A DNA stretch of 63,643 nt, filler included. It is 5 parts of 5 records of this genome, joined end to end, with 100 filler letters (N's around TTAATTAATTAA, not from the genome) between each part and the next. Parts side by side here need not be neighbours in the genome. Positions count along the whole stretch, not along the records: positions 1 to 26,425 come from SRR20825010_5546; 4 more parts are not named here. One strand, 5' to 3'. Shown here piece after piece: positions 1 through 7,711 of this stretch; position 1 is the stretch's first letter, and every line of letters begins with the position of its first letter. Made by a program: the position numbers and the translations under genes. Below the pieces are notes generated by a model, which was not told where the DNA came from, made no database searches, and saw only the letters and a list, made by a program, of their open reading frames with translations.

Positions 1-29
1 AGCGTGTCTACCAATTCCACCACACCCGC
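1..29 (-). tRNA. tRNA-Leu, 5' part only (cut by window edge)
   Basis: Reverse complement reads GCGGGTGTGGTGGAATTGGTAGACACGCT: acceptor 5' strand plus a D-arm typical of tRNA-Leu; anticodon lies outside the window. Confidence 0.8.
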
Positions 30-40
30 GAATTGGAGTG

Positions 41-48
41 CAAATATA
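41..48 (-). promoter_or_regulatory. Bacteroidota primary-sigma -7 element (TAnnTTTG) for the tRNA
   Basis: TATATTTG on the minus strand, 11 nt upstream of the tRNA 5' end. Confidence 0.7.
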
Positions 49-127
49 AATCAATTTTCCGATTTGCAAACCAGCTCCCTTTAAAAACTTGTTTTTTTGT
101 ACTTTTAGGGTCCTTTTTAAATCATTT

Positions 128-1516
128 ATGAAAGACATCAATAATTACATTAATTCCAACAAAGACAGATTTATCAACGAGTTGATCGAACTCCTAAAAA
201 TCCCCTCCATCAGTGCCGATAAGGCTTATACCAAAGATGTGCTGGAAGCGGCAAAAGCCGTCAAAAAATCCTTGGACGATGCAGGTTGCGACAATACCGA
301 GATTTGCGAGACCAAAGGCTATCCCGTGGTGTACGGCGATAAGATCATCGACCCTAATTTACCAACGGTCTTGGTATATGGCCACTATGATGTACAACCG
401 CCAGACCCGATGAACCTATGGACCTCACCGCCATTTGAGCCCGTGATTAAGAAAACAGAGCTTCATCCTGACGGTGCCATTTTCGCCCGTGGTGCTTGTG
501 ACGATAAGGGACAGTTCTTTATGCACGTGAAAGCGGTGGAATATATGATCCAAAACGATGAATTACCCTGCAACGTTAAGTTTATGATCGAAGGTGAAGA
601 AGAAGTGGGGAGCGATAGTCTGGAAGATTTCCTAAAGGAAAACAGCGAAAAACTCAAAAACGATATTATCCTCATTTCCGACACGGGAATGATAGCCAAC
701 GATACCCCGTCCATTACCACAGGACTACGAGGACTGAGCTACGTGGAAGTGGAAGTTACGGGAGCAAATCGTGATCTGCACTCAGGGATCTACGGTGGAG
801 CTGCACCAAACCCGATCAATGTGCTCGCCAAAATGATAGCGCAATTGCACGATGAAAACAATCATATCACTATTCCAGGGTTTTATGACAAGGTGCAGGT
901 AATCCCCGACGATGAACGTGCCGAAATGGCCAAGGCCCCTTTTAATTTGGAAGCTTACAAAAAGTCATTGGACATTGGCGACGTGCACGGTGAAAAAGGC
1001 TATACAACGCCCGAGCGATTCGGCATTCGCCCAACGTTGGACGTAAACGGAATCTGGGGCGGATATACTGGCGAAGGTGCAAAGACCGTAATTGCCAGCA
1101 AGGCCTACGCGAAAATTTCCATGCGATTGGTGCCCGATCAGGATTGGCATGAAATCACTAAACTGTTCACCAAACATTTTGAGTCACTTGCCCCAAAAAG
1201 TGTGAAAGTAAAAGTTTCTCCACATCATGGTGGGCAAGCCTACGTTACCCCGATTGACAGCGATGGTTACCAAGCAGCATCGAAAGCCATGGAGACCACA
1301 TTCGGCAAAACCCCAGTTCCACAGAGAACGGGCGGAAGTATTCCGATTGTGGCCCTGTTTGAAAATGTTTTTGACAGTAAAACCATTCTTTTGGGCTTTG
1401 GATTGGACAGTGATGCCATTCACTCCCCCAACGAACACTTTGGCGTCTGGAACTTTTTAAAGGGCATTGAAACCATACCCTATTTTTACAAATATTATAC
1501 GGAGATGAAGGCCTAG
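128..1516 (+). CDS. M20/M25/M40-family dipeptidase
   Basis: YGHYDVQP, RGACDDKGQ, EGEEEVGS, HSPNEHF motifs; ATG at 128 preferred over the TTG at 89. Confidence 0.92.
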   Translation: MKDINNYINSNKDRFINELIELLKIPSISADKAYTKDVLEAAKAVKKSLDDAGCDNTEICETKGYPVVYGDKIIDPNLPTVLVYGHYDVQPPDPMNLWTSPPFEPVIKKTELHPDGAIFARGACDDKGQFFMHVKAVEYMIQNDELPCNVKFMIEGEEEVGSDSLEDFLKENSEKLKNDIILISDTGMIANDTPSITTGLRGLSYVEVEVTGANRDLHSGIYGGAAPNPINVLAKMIAQLHDENNHITIPGFYDKVQVIPDDERAEMAKAPFNLEAYKKSLDIGDVHGEKGYTTPERFGIRPTLDVNGIWGGYTGEGAKTVIASKAYAKISMRLVPDQDWHEITKLFTKHFESLAPKSVKVKVSPHHGGQAYVTPIDSDGYQAASKAMETTFGKTPVPQRTGGSIPIVALFENVFDSKTILLGFGLDSDAIHSPNEHFGVWNFLKGIETIPYFYKYYTEMKA

Positions 1517-2091
1517 AGCTTCTTTACGTATTTGGTCACTATTACAATTTGCTGGCCATCTACCTTGCCTTCAATATACTCGGCATTTTCGTGATCCAGG
1601 GAAATCCGTCTAACGGCGGTTCCCTGTTTTGCGACCATGCTGGAACCCTTCACTTTTAGATCTTTGATCAAAACAACACTGTCCCCATTTTCAAGGATAT
1701 TGCCGTTCACGTCCCTATGGATAATTTTTTCGCTTTCATCTTGGCCTTCGCCCGTAGCTTTGGCCCATTCCAAGGCTTCATCATCCAAATACATCATGCC
1801 CAAAAGGTCTTGGGGCCATCCTTCGGACTTTAGGCGGTTCAGCATTCGCCAAGCCACGACCTTTACCGCATCGTGCTCGCTCCACATGCTGTCATTTAAG
1901 CAGCGCCAATGATTGGCGTCTGTACTGTCGGGGTTCTCAATTTGTGAGATACAGGTGGCACAGCCCAAAAGGCTTCCATCCAACCCGCCGGTGGATACAG
2001 GGGGAACTTCGTATACCTGTAAATTCTCCGTTGCTCCGCACAATTCACATTGATTTCCGCTTCGTGCTTGTAATTCCTCCAATACTGACAT
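1513..2091 (-). CDS. phnA: PhnA/YjdM zinc-ribbon domain protein
   Basis: CELC...CATC zinc ribbon plus C-terminal D-x-NG-x-L-x-GDSVVLIKDLKVKGSS motif; TAAGTTTG -7 element at 2115-2122 (minus). Confidence 0.85.
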   Translation of the reverse strand: MSVLEELQARSGNQCELCGATENLQVYEVPPVSTGGLDGSLLGCATCISQIENPDSTDANHWRCLNDSMWSEHDAVKVVAWRMLNRLKSEGWPQDLLGMMYLDDEALEWAKATGEGQDESEKIIHRDVNGNILENGDSVVLIKDLKVKGSSMVAKQGTAVRRISLDHENAEYIEGKVDGQQIVIVTKYVKKL

Positions 2092-2156
2092 GATAGATGG
2101 TTTTTTTTCGCTTGCAAACTTAGAACTTTTCGGTCAACGGGTTTTGATATATCCTA

Positions 2157-2192
2157 AAGAAAAAATCCACCCACGTTGCCATGAATGGATTT
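2157..2192 (-). terminator. Rho-independent terminator of the SQR-like gene
   Basis: Minus-strand RNA AAAUCCAUUCAUG-GCAA-CGUGGGUGGAUUU followed by a U-tract; 13-bp stem with G-U pairs. Confidence 0.75.
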
Positions 2193-2214
2193 GATCAAAC
2201 GTACACCTCAATGG

Positions 2215-3417
2215 TCAAGGCAATTGAGAATATCCATGTTTTGTTTTCCAAAGGAAATATTTTTCAAACAACACTTTATTGAAATCATAAAATATGTTGG
2301 GTATCATGATGGCAAAGTTTCTGGGCTTGAACAAGTGGTCGCTCAAGATGATGACTTCTTTTTTACCAGCATCCATCACACATATTCCAGGGATTTTGCC
2401 CCAAGCTTTCTTCTTCAAGTTGTCCTTGCCTTGGGTTACCCTGATGATGTTCTCCGCTACAATTTTGCCTGTTTCATCGGATGGGTATCCTGTTTTGGGA
2501 CCAGAAAATGGCACTTTCCCTGGTTTAAAGGGCAATTTTACATCAACGGCAATACCAGCGGACCAAATATTGGGGTATTTAAAATGTCGGTAGTCATCAC
2601 CAACGGGCAAATAGCCTGCTGCGGTGGCTTCCAATTTTGGTGAGTTGACCACAAAATCAACACCGACGAAAGGAGGCATCAACATGGTAAATTTGCTTGG
2701 CAACACCTCATCAGAAGTTAGGGTTACACTCTCTGCGGTCACTTCCTTCACTCCAACTTGTGTTCTGTAATGGATATTGAACATCTTCATGAAAGATTTC
2801 AGCATGGTCTCGCCACCAGTGATCCCGTCAATGCCAAAGTGTCCCAAGAAGGTTTCGGGGGTGATCCAATATAGATCTACTTTCTTTCTGATTTTTTGCT
2901 CCCTGAGCCATTTCTCCACATTGAACAAAAACTCGTAGGCGGCACCCATACAACCCGCATTTTGTGTAGCTCCGATAACAATAGGGCCAGGATTTTTCTT
3001 GAACTCTTCCAAAGCCTTTCTGGTTTTCATGGCACCATTGGGCGTACCAATATAATGGGCATGTTCTTGAACCCCTGGAGCGACATCGTATTTTACTTTT
3101 GGACCGGTGGCGATGACCAAATGATCATAGGTAAAATCACCCTTGGTCGTATGCACAATTTGGCTATCGGGGTCTACGTTTAAAGCTTCGGCCTGTACAA
3201 AATCGACCCCTTTCTTTTCAAGAACGGTATCTTTTCTGAACGAGATATCCTTGATTTCCTTTCTTCCGAAAGGCACCCAGATCAATGATGGAACAAACAG
3301 GAACAAAGGTGATTTATCTATCACTAAAACCTTATGGCCTTTTTTCCCTTTTCTTTTGATTTCCAACGCGGCGGTCATTCCTGCAAAATTTCCGCCAATA
3401 ACTACTGTGGTTTTCAT
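2215..3417 (-). CDS. Sulfide:quinone oxidoreductase-like FAD-dependent oxidoreductase
   Basis: N-terminal FAD-binding VVIGGNFAG, PSLIWV, AGCMGAAYEF, PKTGY, ICVMDAG; start at ATG 3417 (MKTTVV). Confidence 0.75.
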   Translation of the reverse strand: MKTTVVIGGNFAGMTAALEIKRKGKKGHKVLVIDKSPLFLFVPSLIWVPFGRKEIKDISFRKDTVLEKKGVDFVQAEALNVDPDSQIVHTTKGDFTYDHLVIATGPKVKYDVAPGVQEHAHYIGTPNGAMKTRKALEEFKKNPGPIVIGATQNAGCMGAAYEFLFNVEKWLREQKIRKKVDLYWITPETFLGHFGIDGITGGETMLKSFMKMFNIHYRTQVGVKEVTAESVTLTSDEVLPSKFTMLMPPFVGVDFVVNSPKLEATAAGYLPVGDDYRHFKYPNIWSAGIAVDVKLPFKPGKVPFSGPKTGYPSDETGKIVAENIIRVTQGKDNLKKKAWGKIPGICVMDAGKKEVIILSDHLFKPRNFAIMIPNIFYDFNKVLFEKYFLWKTKHGYSQLP

Positions 3418-3568
3418 GATTGCGTGATTTAATAGTATAAAAGTATCGCTACCAATTCTGATGCACAGTAACTTAGGACACATAACCCTATCTTTTTTAC
3501 AACATGGATCAAGTGGGTTATTCAACACGTTTTGAATCGAAAAGACAGAAAAACCGATTTATTTTAAC

Positions 3569-3611
3569 TCTACACTTGTAGAATAATAATTTTTATTCTA
3601 TGTTTGTAGAA
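3569..3611 (+). promoter_or_regulatory. Tandem BlaI/MecI/CopY operators overlapping the -33/-7 promoter
   Basis: TCTACA-CT-TGTAGA (3569-3582) and TTCTA-TGTTTG-TAGAA (3596-3611); TTG at 3576-3578 lies 20 nt before TATGTTTG at 3599-3606. Confidence 0.8.
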
Positions 3612-3634
3612 CATAAATGGTAAAAACCGAAAAA

Positions 3635-4000
3635 ATGCAATTGTCAAAATCCGAAGAAGAGTTAATGAACATTGTCTGGAAATTGAAAAAAGCCTATATG
3701 AAGGACATTTTGGATGCCTATCCCGAACCCAAACCAGCGACCACCACGGTAGCAACCCTTTTAAAACGGATAGCGGACAAAGGTTTTATTGGCTACAATA
3801 GTATTGGTAGAAGTAGGGAATACTATCCCTTGGTGATGAAGAAGGACTATTTTTCGAAGCAGGTGAACGGCCTCATCAAAAACTTCTTCAACGACAGTGC
3901 GAGTCAGTTTGCATCATTCTTTACCCAAGAAACCAACTTGAGCAAGAAAGAATTGGAGGACTTGAAAAAATTAATTGACAACGAAATCAAAAAGAAGTAA
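3635..4000 (+). CDS. BlaI/MecI/CopY-family transcriptional repressor
   Basis: LSKSEEELMNIVW...TTVATLLKRIADKGFI winged HTH; start either 3617 or 3635. Confidence 0.92.
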   Translation: MQLSKSEEELMNIVWKLKKAYMKDILDAYPEPKPATTTVATLLKRIADKGFIGYNSIGRSREYYPLVMKKDYFSKQVNGLIKNFFNDSASQFASFFTQETNLSKKELEDLKKLIDNEIKKK

Positions 4001-4002
4001 TT

Positions 4003-6363
4003 ATGTTGGTCTTCCTTTTAAAATCCACAGCCTGCCTGACCGTTTTTCTCGTGTTCTACAAACTAATGTTGGAAAGGGAAAGCATACACCATTTTAAGCG
4101 CTACTTTCTCTTGGGGGCCCTTATCATCTCCTTTATAATTCCCAACTTGGTGTTTATCGAATATATCGATGCGGTTGAGCCCACCACCACTTCAATTGCT
4201 CCGATAACAACACCTATTTCCAATACCGCAAATGAACAACCCTTTCCAGAAACTTCGGTTTTTGATTGGCAACTTTTGTTGTGGATGGTTTATGGATTGG
4301 GTGTAGTTGGGTTTGGACTGCGCTTTATGGCAAATCTTTTACGAATACATCTACGCATCAAAAAGAATCCAAAGTTCAAGGAAAATTTTGTCACCAAGGT
4401 GCTTTTGAAACAAGCGTTGCCCCCACACACATTTTTCAACTTCATCTTCTTAAACCAAAAACAGCACAAGGAAGGCAACATCCCACAAGAAGTCTTGTTG
4501 CATGAGGAAACCCATGCCAAACAAAAGCATAGCTTGGATATCATTTTTATAGAATTGGCTCAGGTCATTCTTTGGTTCAATCCGTTGATCTACCTTTTTA
4601 AATCGTCCATAAAGCTCAACCACGAATTTTTAGCGGATAACGCGGTGATCAACAAAGACCATGATCATTCACAATATCAAAATACTTTGCTGTCGTACTT
4701 ATCAAACGGCATTGAAAATCATCAGTCGGTCGGCATCGCAAATGCCATCAATTATTCATCAATCAAAAAACGTTTTACAGTCATGAAAACAAAAACATCA
4801 AAAACATCATTTGTACTCAGGAGCCTATTGCTCCTGCCACTTACCACCCTATTATTATTTGGGTTTAGTGAGACGAAAACAATAACCCGTACCACGCCTG
4901 TCGAGTTTACAGAAACATCCTTGTACCCAGAAAACAAAAGTTTTGAGTCCACAGATGGAATTTCCTCAAGATCTATTCAATTAGCAGGTCTTATATTGGA
5001 TTCAGAAACCTTATTCCCTCTTGAAAATGCCATGATTACGGATTCCGAAGGAAGTACACTTGCAAAAACCGACAACAAGGGATATTACAATATTGAATTT
5101 CAAGTTTCCAGTTCAGGTGAAATATTTTTTGATTTCAATGTGGTAAAAGAGGGGTACATATCCACAACTCAAATAGAACATTGGGGAAATTTACAAGGTA
5201 AAATTAGTTCCGCTATCTACATTGGTTTACGACAAGACGAATCAAGTGCAAGCCAGCTATCGTCCCTAGTTCCAAATGTAAAAAATCTTGATTATGAAAC
5301 TATACGAACCAATTATACCGAGGTTAAAAAAGACTTTGTTTTGGCCAAAAAAATAGAAGCATCTAAAAAGGACAATCAAAATGTCTTCATGCAAATAGAT
5401 AAAGACTTCTACCTATTGAGCGATAGTTGGATCAGAATAAATTCCAAGAATGATTTGGTTCTGGTTGACGATGAAACCATTGTACCTGCATACAAATTGA
5501 ACAATATTATTAAGAGAAACCAAATAATGGGTATGACCCCATTGGAACCGGGAAGCAAGGCCAAATATGCAATTTACACTACCGAGCAAACCCAAAATGA
5601 TGGTCAAAAAACCATAAATCCCATTGAAATCCACATCAATAAAAATGGTAAGCTGTTATTCCAAAACAAGTTGGTCCCGTTGGAAGATTTAAAAGGTGAG
5701 CTCGCAAAAATCAATAACCACCTTTCCTTTGAAGAAAGGAAAAAAACTATCCGTTCGATTATAAATGCAGAGGCAACCACCCCAAAAGATGTTATCCAAA
5801 AAGTGGACGGTATTTTTGAAGAATACGGTTCCGCGACAATCAATATTGTGGGGCCAAAAATGCTCGGTCAAAGCAGTGCCTCACGAGAGGAAATGAAAGA
5901 ATACAACACATTGGCCAAAAAGTACAATGCAATGGACAGAAACCATATGGTCATCAAAAAAGATGAGGTAATGCGCCTAAAAACCATTTATGGGAAAATG
6001 TCCGAGAAACAACGTAACGATGCCGAACCGTTCCCTGATTTTCCACCGCCACCGCCAGCACCACCTGCAATTGGAGAACCAGAACCTCCAAAATCTCCTT
6101 TAAATACCAGAGAACCAATGGAAGTTAAACCGCATAGCCCTCAAATGCCCCCTGCACCTCCTGCGCCAAAATCACCGCTAGAGCACATCAAGGAGATGGC
6201 GGACAAGGGAGCGACATTTACGTTGAACGGCAAAGAAATATCTGCCAAAGAAGCAATGCGAACCGTTCAGAAAAACAATAAAATCAATATTGACATCAGG
6301 GGCACCAAGGGCGACAACCCGCTAGTCAAGCTGTCGGTAGACCCTATTGAAATAGACAACTAG
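4003..6363 (+). CDS. BlaR1-like M56 metallopeptidase with carboxypeptidase-regulatory-like, ExbD-like and Pro-rich C-terminal regions
   Basis: TM segments, HEETH zinc motif, WFNP, HEFLAD, IKKRF; immediately downstream of blaI. Confidence 0.88.
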   Translation: MLVFLLKSTACLTVFLVFYKLMLERESIHHFKRYFLLGALIISFIIPNLVFIEYIDAVEPTTTSIAPITTPISNTANEQPFPETSVFDWQLLLWMVYGLGVVGFGLRFMANLLRIHLRIKKNPKFKENFVTKVLLKQALPPHTFFNFIFLNQKQHKEGNIPQEVLLHEETHAKQKHSLDIIFIELAQVILWFNPLIYLFKSSIKLNHEFLADNAVINKDHDHSQYQNTLLSYLSNGIENHQSVGIANAINYSSIKKRFTVMKTKTSKTSFVLRSLLLLPLTTLLLFGFSETKTITRTTPVEFTETSLYPENKSFESTDGISSRSIQLAGLILDSETLFPLENAMITDSEGSTLAKTDNKGYYNIEFQVSSSGEIFFDFNVVKEGYISTTQIEHWGNLQGKISSAIYIGLRQDESSASQLSSLVPNVKNLDYETIRTNYTEVKKDFVLAKKIEASKKDNQNVFMQIDKDFYLLSDSWIRINSKNDLVLVDDETIVPAYKLNNIIKRNQIMGMTPLEPGSKAKYAIYTTEQTQNDGQKTINPIEIHINKNGKLLFQNKLVPLEDLKGELAKINNHLSFEERKKTIRSIINAEATTPKDVIQKVDGIFEEYGSATINIVGPKMLGQSSASREEMKEYNTLAKKYNAMDRNHMVIKKDEVMRLKTIYGKMSEKQRNDAEPFPDFPPPPPAPPAIGEPEPPKSPLNTREPMEVKPHSPQMPPAPPAPKSPLEHIKEMADKGATFTLNGKEISAKEAMRTVQKNNKINIDIRGTKGDNPLVKLSVDPIEIDN

Positions 6364-6385
6364 ACCCTATTATCCGTACAATGTT

Positions 6386-6410
6386 AAAAGCCCCTTAATT
6401 GGGGCTTTTT
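6386..6410 (+). terminator. Rho-independent terminator
   Basis: AAAAGCCCC-TTAATT-GGGGCTTTTT. Confidence 0.85.
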
Positions 6411-6411
6411 A

Positions 6412-6437
6412 TGTAACAAATCCATAAAAACTGCGTT
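6412..6437 (+). promoter_or_regulatory. Putative ECF-sigma promoter
   Basis: TGTAAC-N16-CGTT, about 30 nt upstream of the DUF4407 ATG. Confidence 0.5.
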
Positions 6438-6468
6438 CTAATAATCTATCAATCAAAGAGAACACGCT

Positions 6469-7569
6469 ATGCTACAACGCTTTTTTATTTTCTGCTCGGG
6501 AGCCGATACCCAAATTTTAGAGACTTGTTCCAACGGGGAACGCAACAAATACGCTGGCATCGGCGCTACCGTATTCTTTACCGCCGTTATGGCATTTATT
6601 GCATCGGGCTATGCCCTTTACACGGTTTTCGACAATATATATACCGCTGTTTTCTTTGGACTGATATGGGGGCTGCTCATTTTCAATTTGGATAGATATA
6701 TTGTGTCCACCATCAAAAAGCGGGACAATTTTAAGGGAGAACTGCTCCAAGCGGCTCCGCGAATTGTTTTGGCTTTGATCATCGCCGTGGTGATTTCAAA
6801 GCCCTTAGAGATGAAAATTTTCGAAAAAGAGATCAATCAAGTACTTCTAGAAGAAAAAAATGCATTGACCTTGAACAACAAGGAACAATTGGCGCTCCAG
6901 TACACCCCAAAAATTGAAAGCCTTAACCAAGACATCGCCAACCTGAAGAATGAGGTTGCGACCAAAGAAGCAGAGACCAACGCCCTATACGATACCTACA
7001 TTTCCGAAGCCGAAGGCAGAGCGGGAACTGGACTATTGGGCAAAGGGCCCGTGTACAAGGAGAAACGTGAAAAGCACGATGCGGCACTGTCAGAACTCAA
7101 TTCCTTAAAAGAAACGAATGCCGGTAAAATCGAGAATATCGAGGCCCAGATTGCGGCCCTTCAAACCGATTACGACACCGCAGTTGCCCATTCACAGCCC
7201 ATTATTGATGGTTTTGACGGATTGATGGCTCGTATCGACGCCCTGGGCAAATTGCCTTGGTTTCCTTCTTTCTTTATCTTTTTATTATTCTTGGCCATCG
7301 AAACAGCACCTATCATTGCAAAATTAATGTCCCCGAAAGGTGAATACGATTTCAAATTCGAAGAACAGGAAAGCGTAGTGTCCACTTGGATTACCCAAAA
7401 AGTGGAGCAACGCAAACTTTTGCTGGCCACCGATGGAGAACTCAACCAGCAAATCTACGCGGATATTAAAAATGAAGAAGAACTCTATCGCTACAAAAAG
7501 CAAAAGGCAGAAGAGCTGTTACGTTTACAAGCAGATAGTTTCCACAACCTCCAGGTTAAAAATCTTTAA
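6469..7569 (+). CDS. DUF4407-family membrane coiled-coil protein
   Basis: CSGAD...KYAGIGATV, FNLDRYIVS, ISKPLE, long coiled coil, C-terminal TM. Confidence 0.8.
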   Translation: MLQRFFIFCSGADTQILETCSNGERNKYAGIGATVFFTAVMAFIASGYALYTVFDNIYTAVFFGLIWGLLIFNLDRYIVSTIKKRDNFKGELLQAAPRIVLALIIAVVISKPLEMKIFEKEINQVLLEEKNALTLNNKEQLALQYTPKIESLNQDIANLKNEVATKEAETNALYDTYISEAEGRAGTGLLGKGPVYKEKREKHDAALSELNSLKETNAGKIENIEAQIAALQTDYDTAVAHSQPIIDGFDGLMARIDALGKLPWFPSFFIFLLFLAIETAPIIAKLMSPKGEYDFKFEEQESVVSTWITQKVEQRKLLLATDGELNQQIYADIKNEEELYRYKKQKAEELLRLQADSFHNLQVKNL

Positions 7570-7711
7570 ATTTTTAAATACACCGTTGATTCAATCGAGA
7601 TATTCTTTATCCCGTTTCAGCATCCTTCTTACATAGCACTGCCCTATCTTTACACGGTGTTTTTAAGCGATTTGAAAATAATAGTGATTAAAGCGCTTCG
7701 ATTTAACGTGT

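Noticed and set aside
89..127. Extended N-termini in the ORF track (also 3418-3528, 17161-17214, 23323-23436, 52687-52842, 59031-59063, 62862-62945)
   Set aside because: They overlap promoters or neighbouring genes; downstream ATGs match the family starts
1513..1516. Convergent genes with overlapping stop codons (also 15022-15025)
   Set aside because: Common compact arrangement; no evidence of a regulatory role
6030..6175. CCA/CCT-rich repetitive DNA
   Set aside because: Explained by the proline-rich linker of the M56 protein
3617..6363. Beta-lactam resistance locus (blaI/blaR1)
   Set aside because: No beta-lactamase nearby and no penicillin-binding sensor domain recognised
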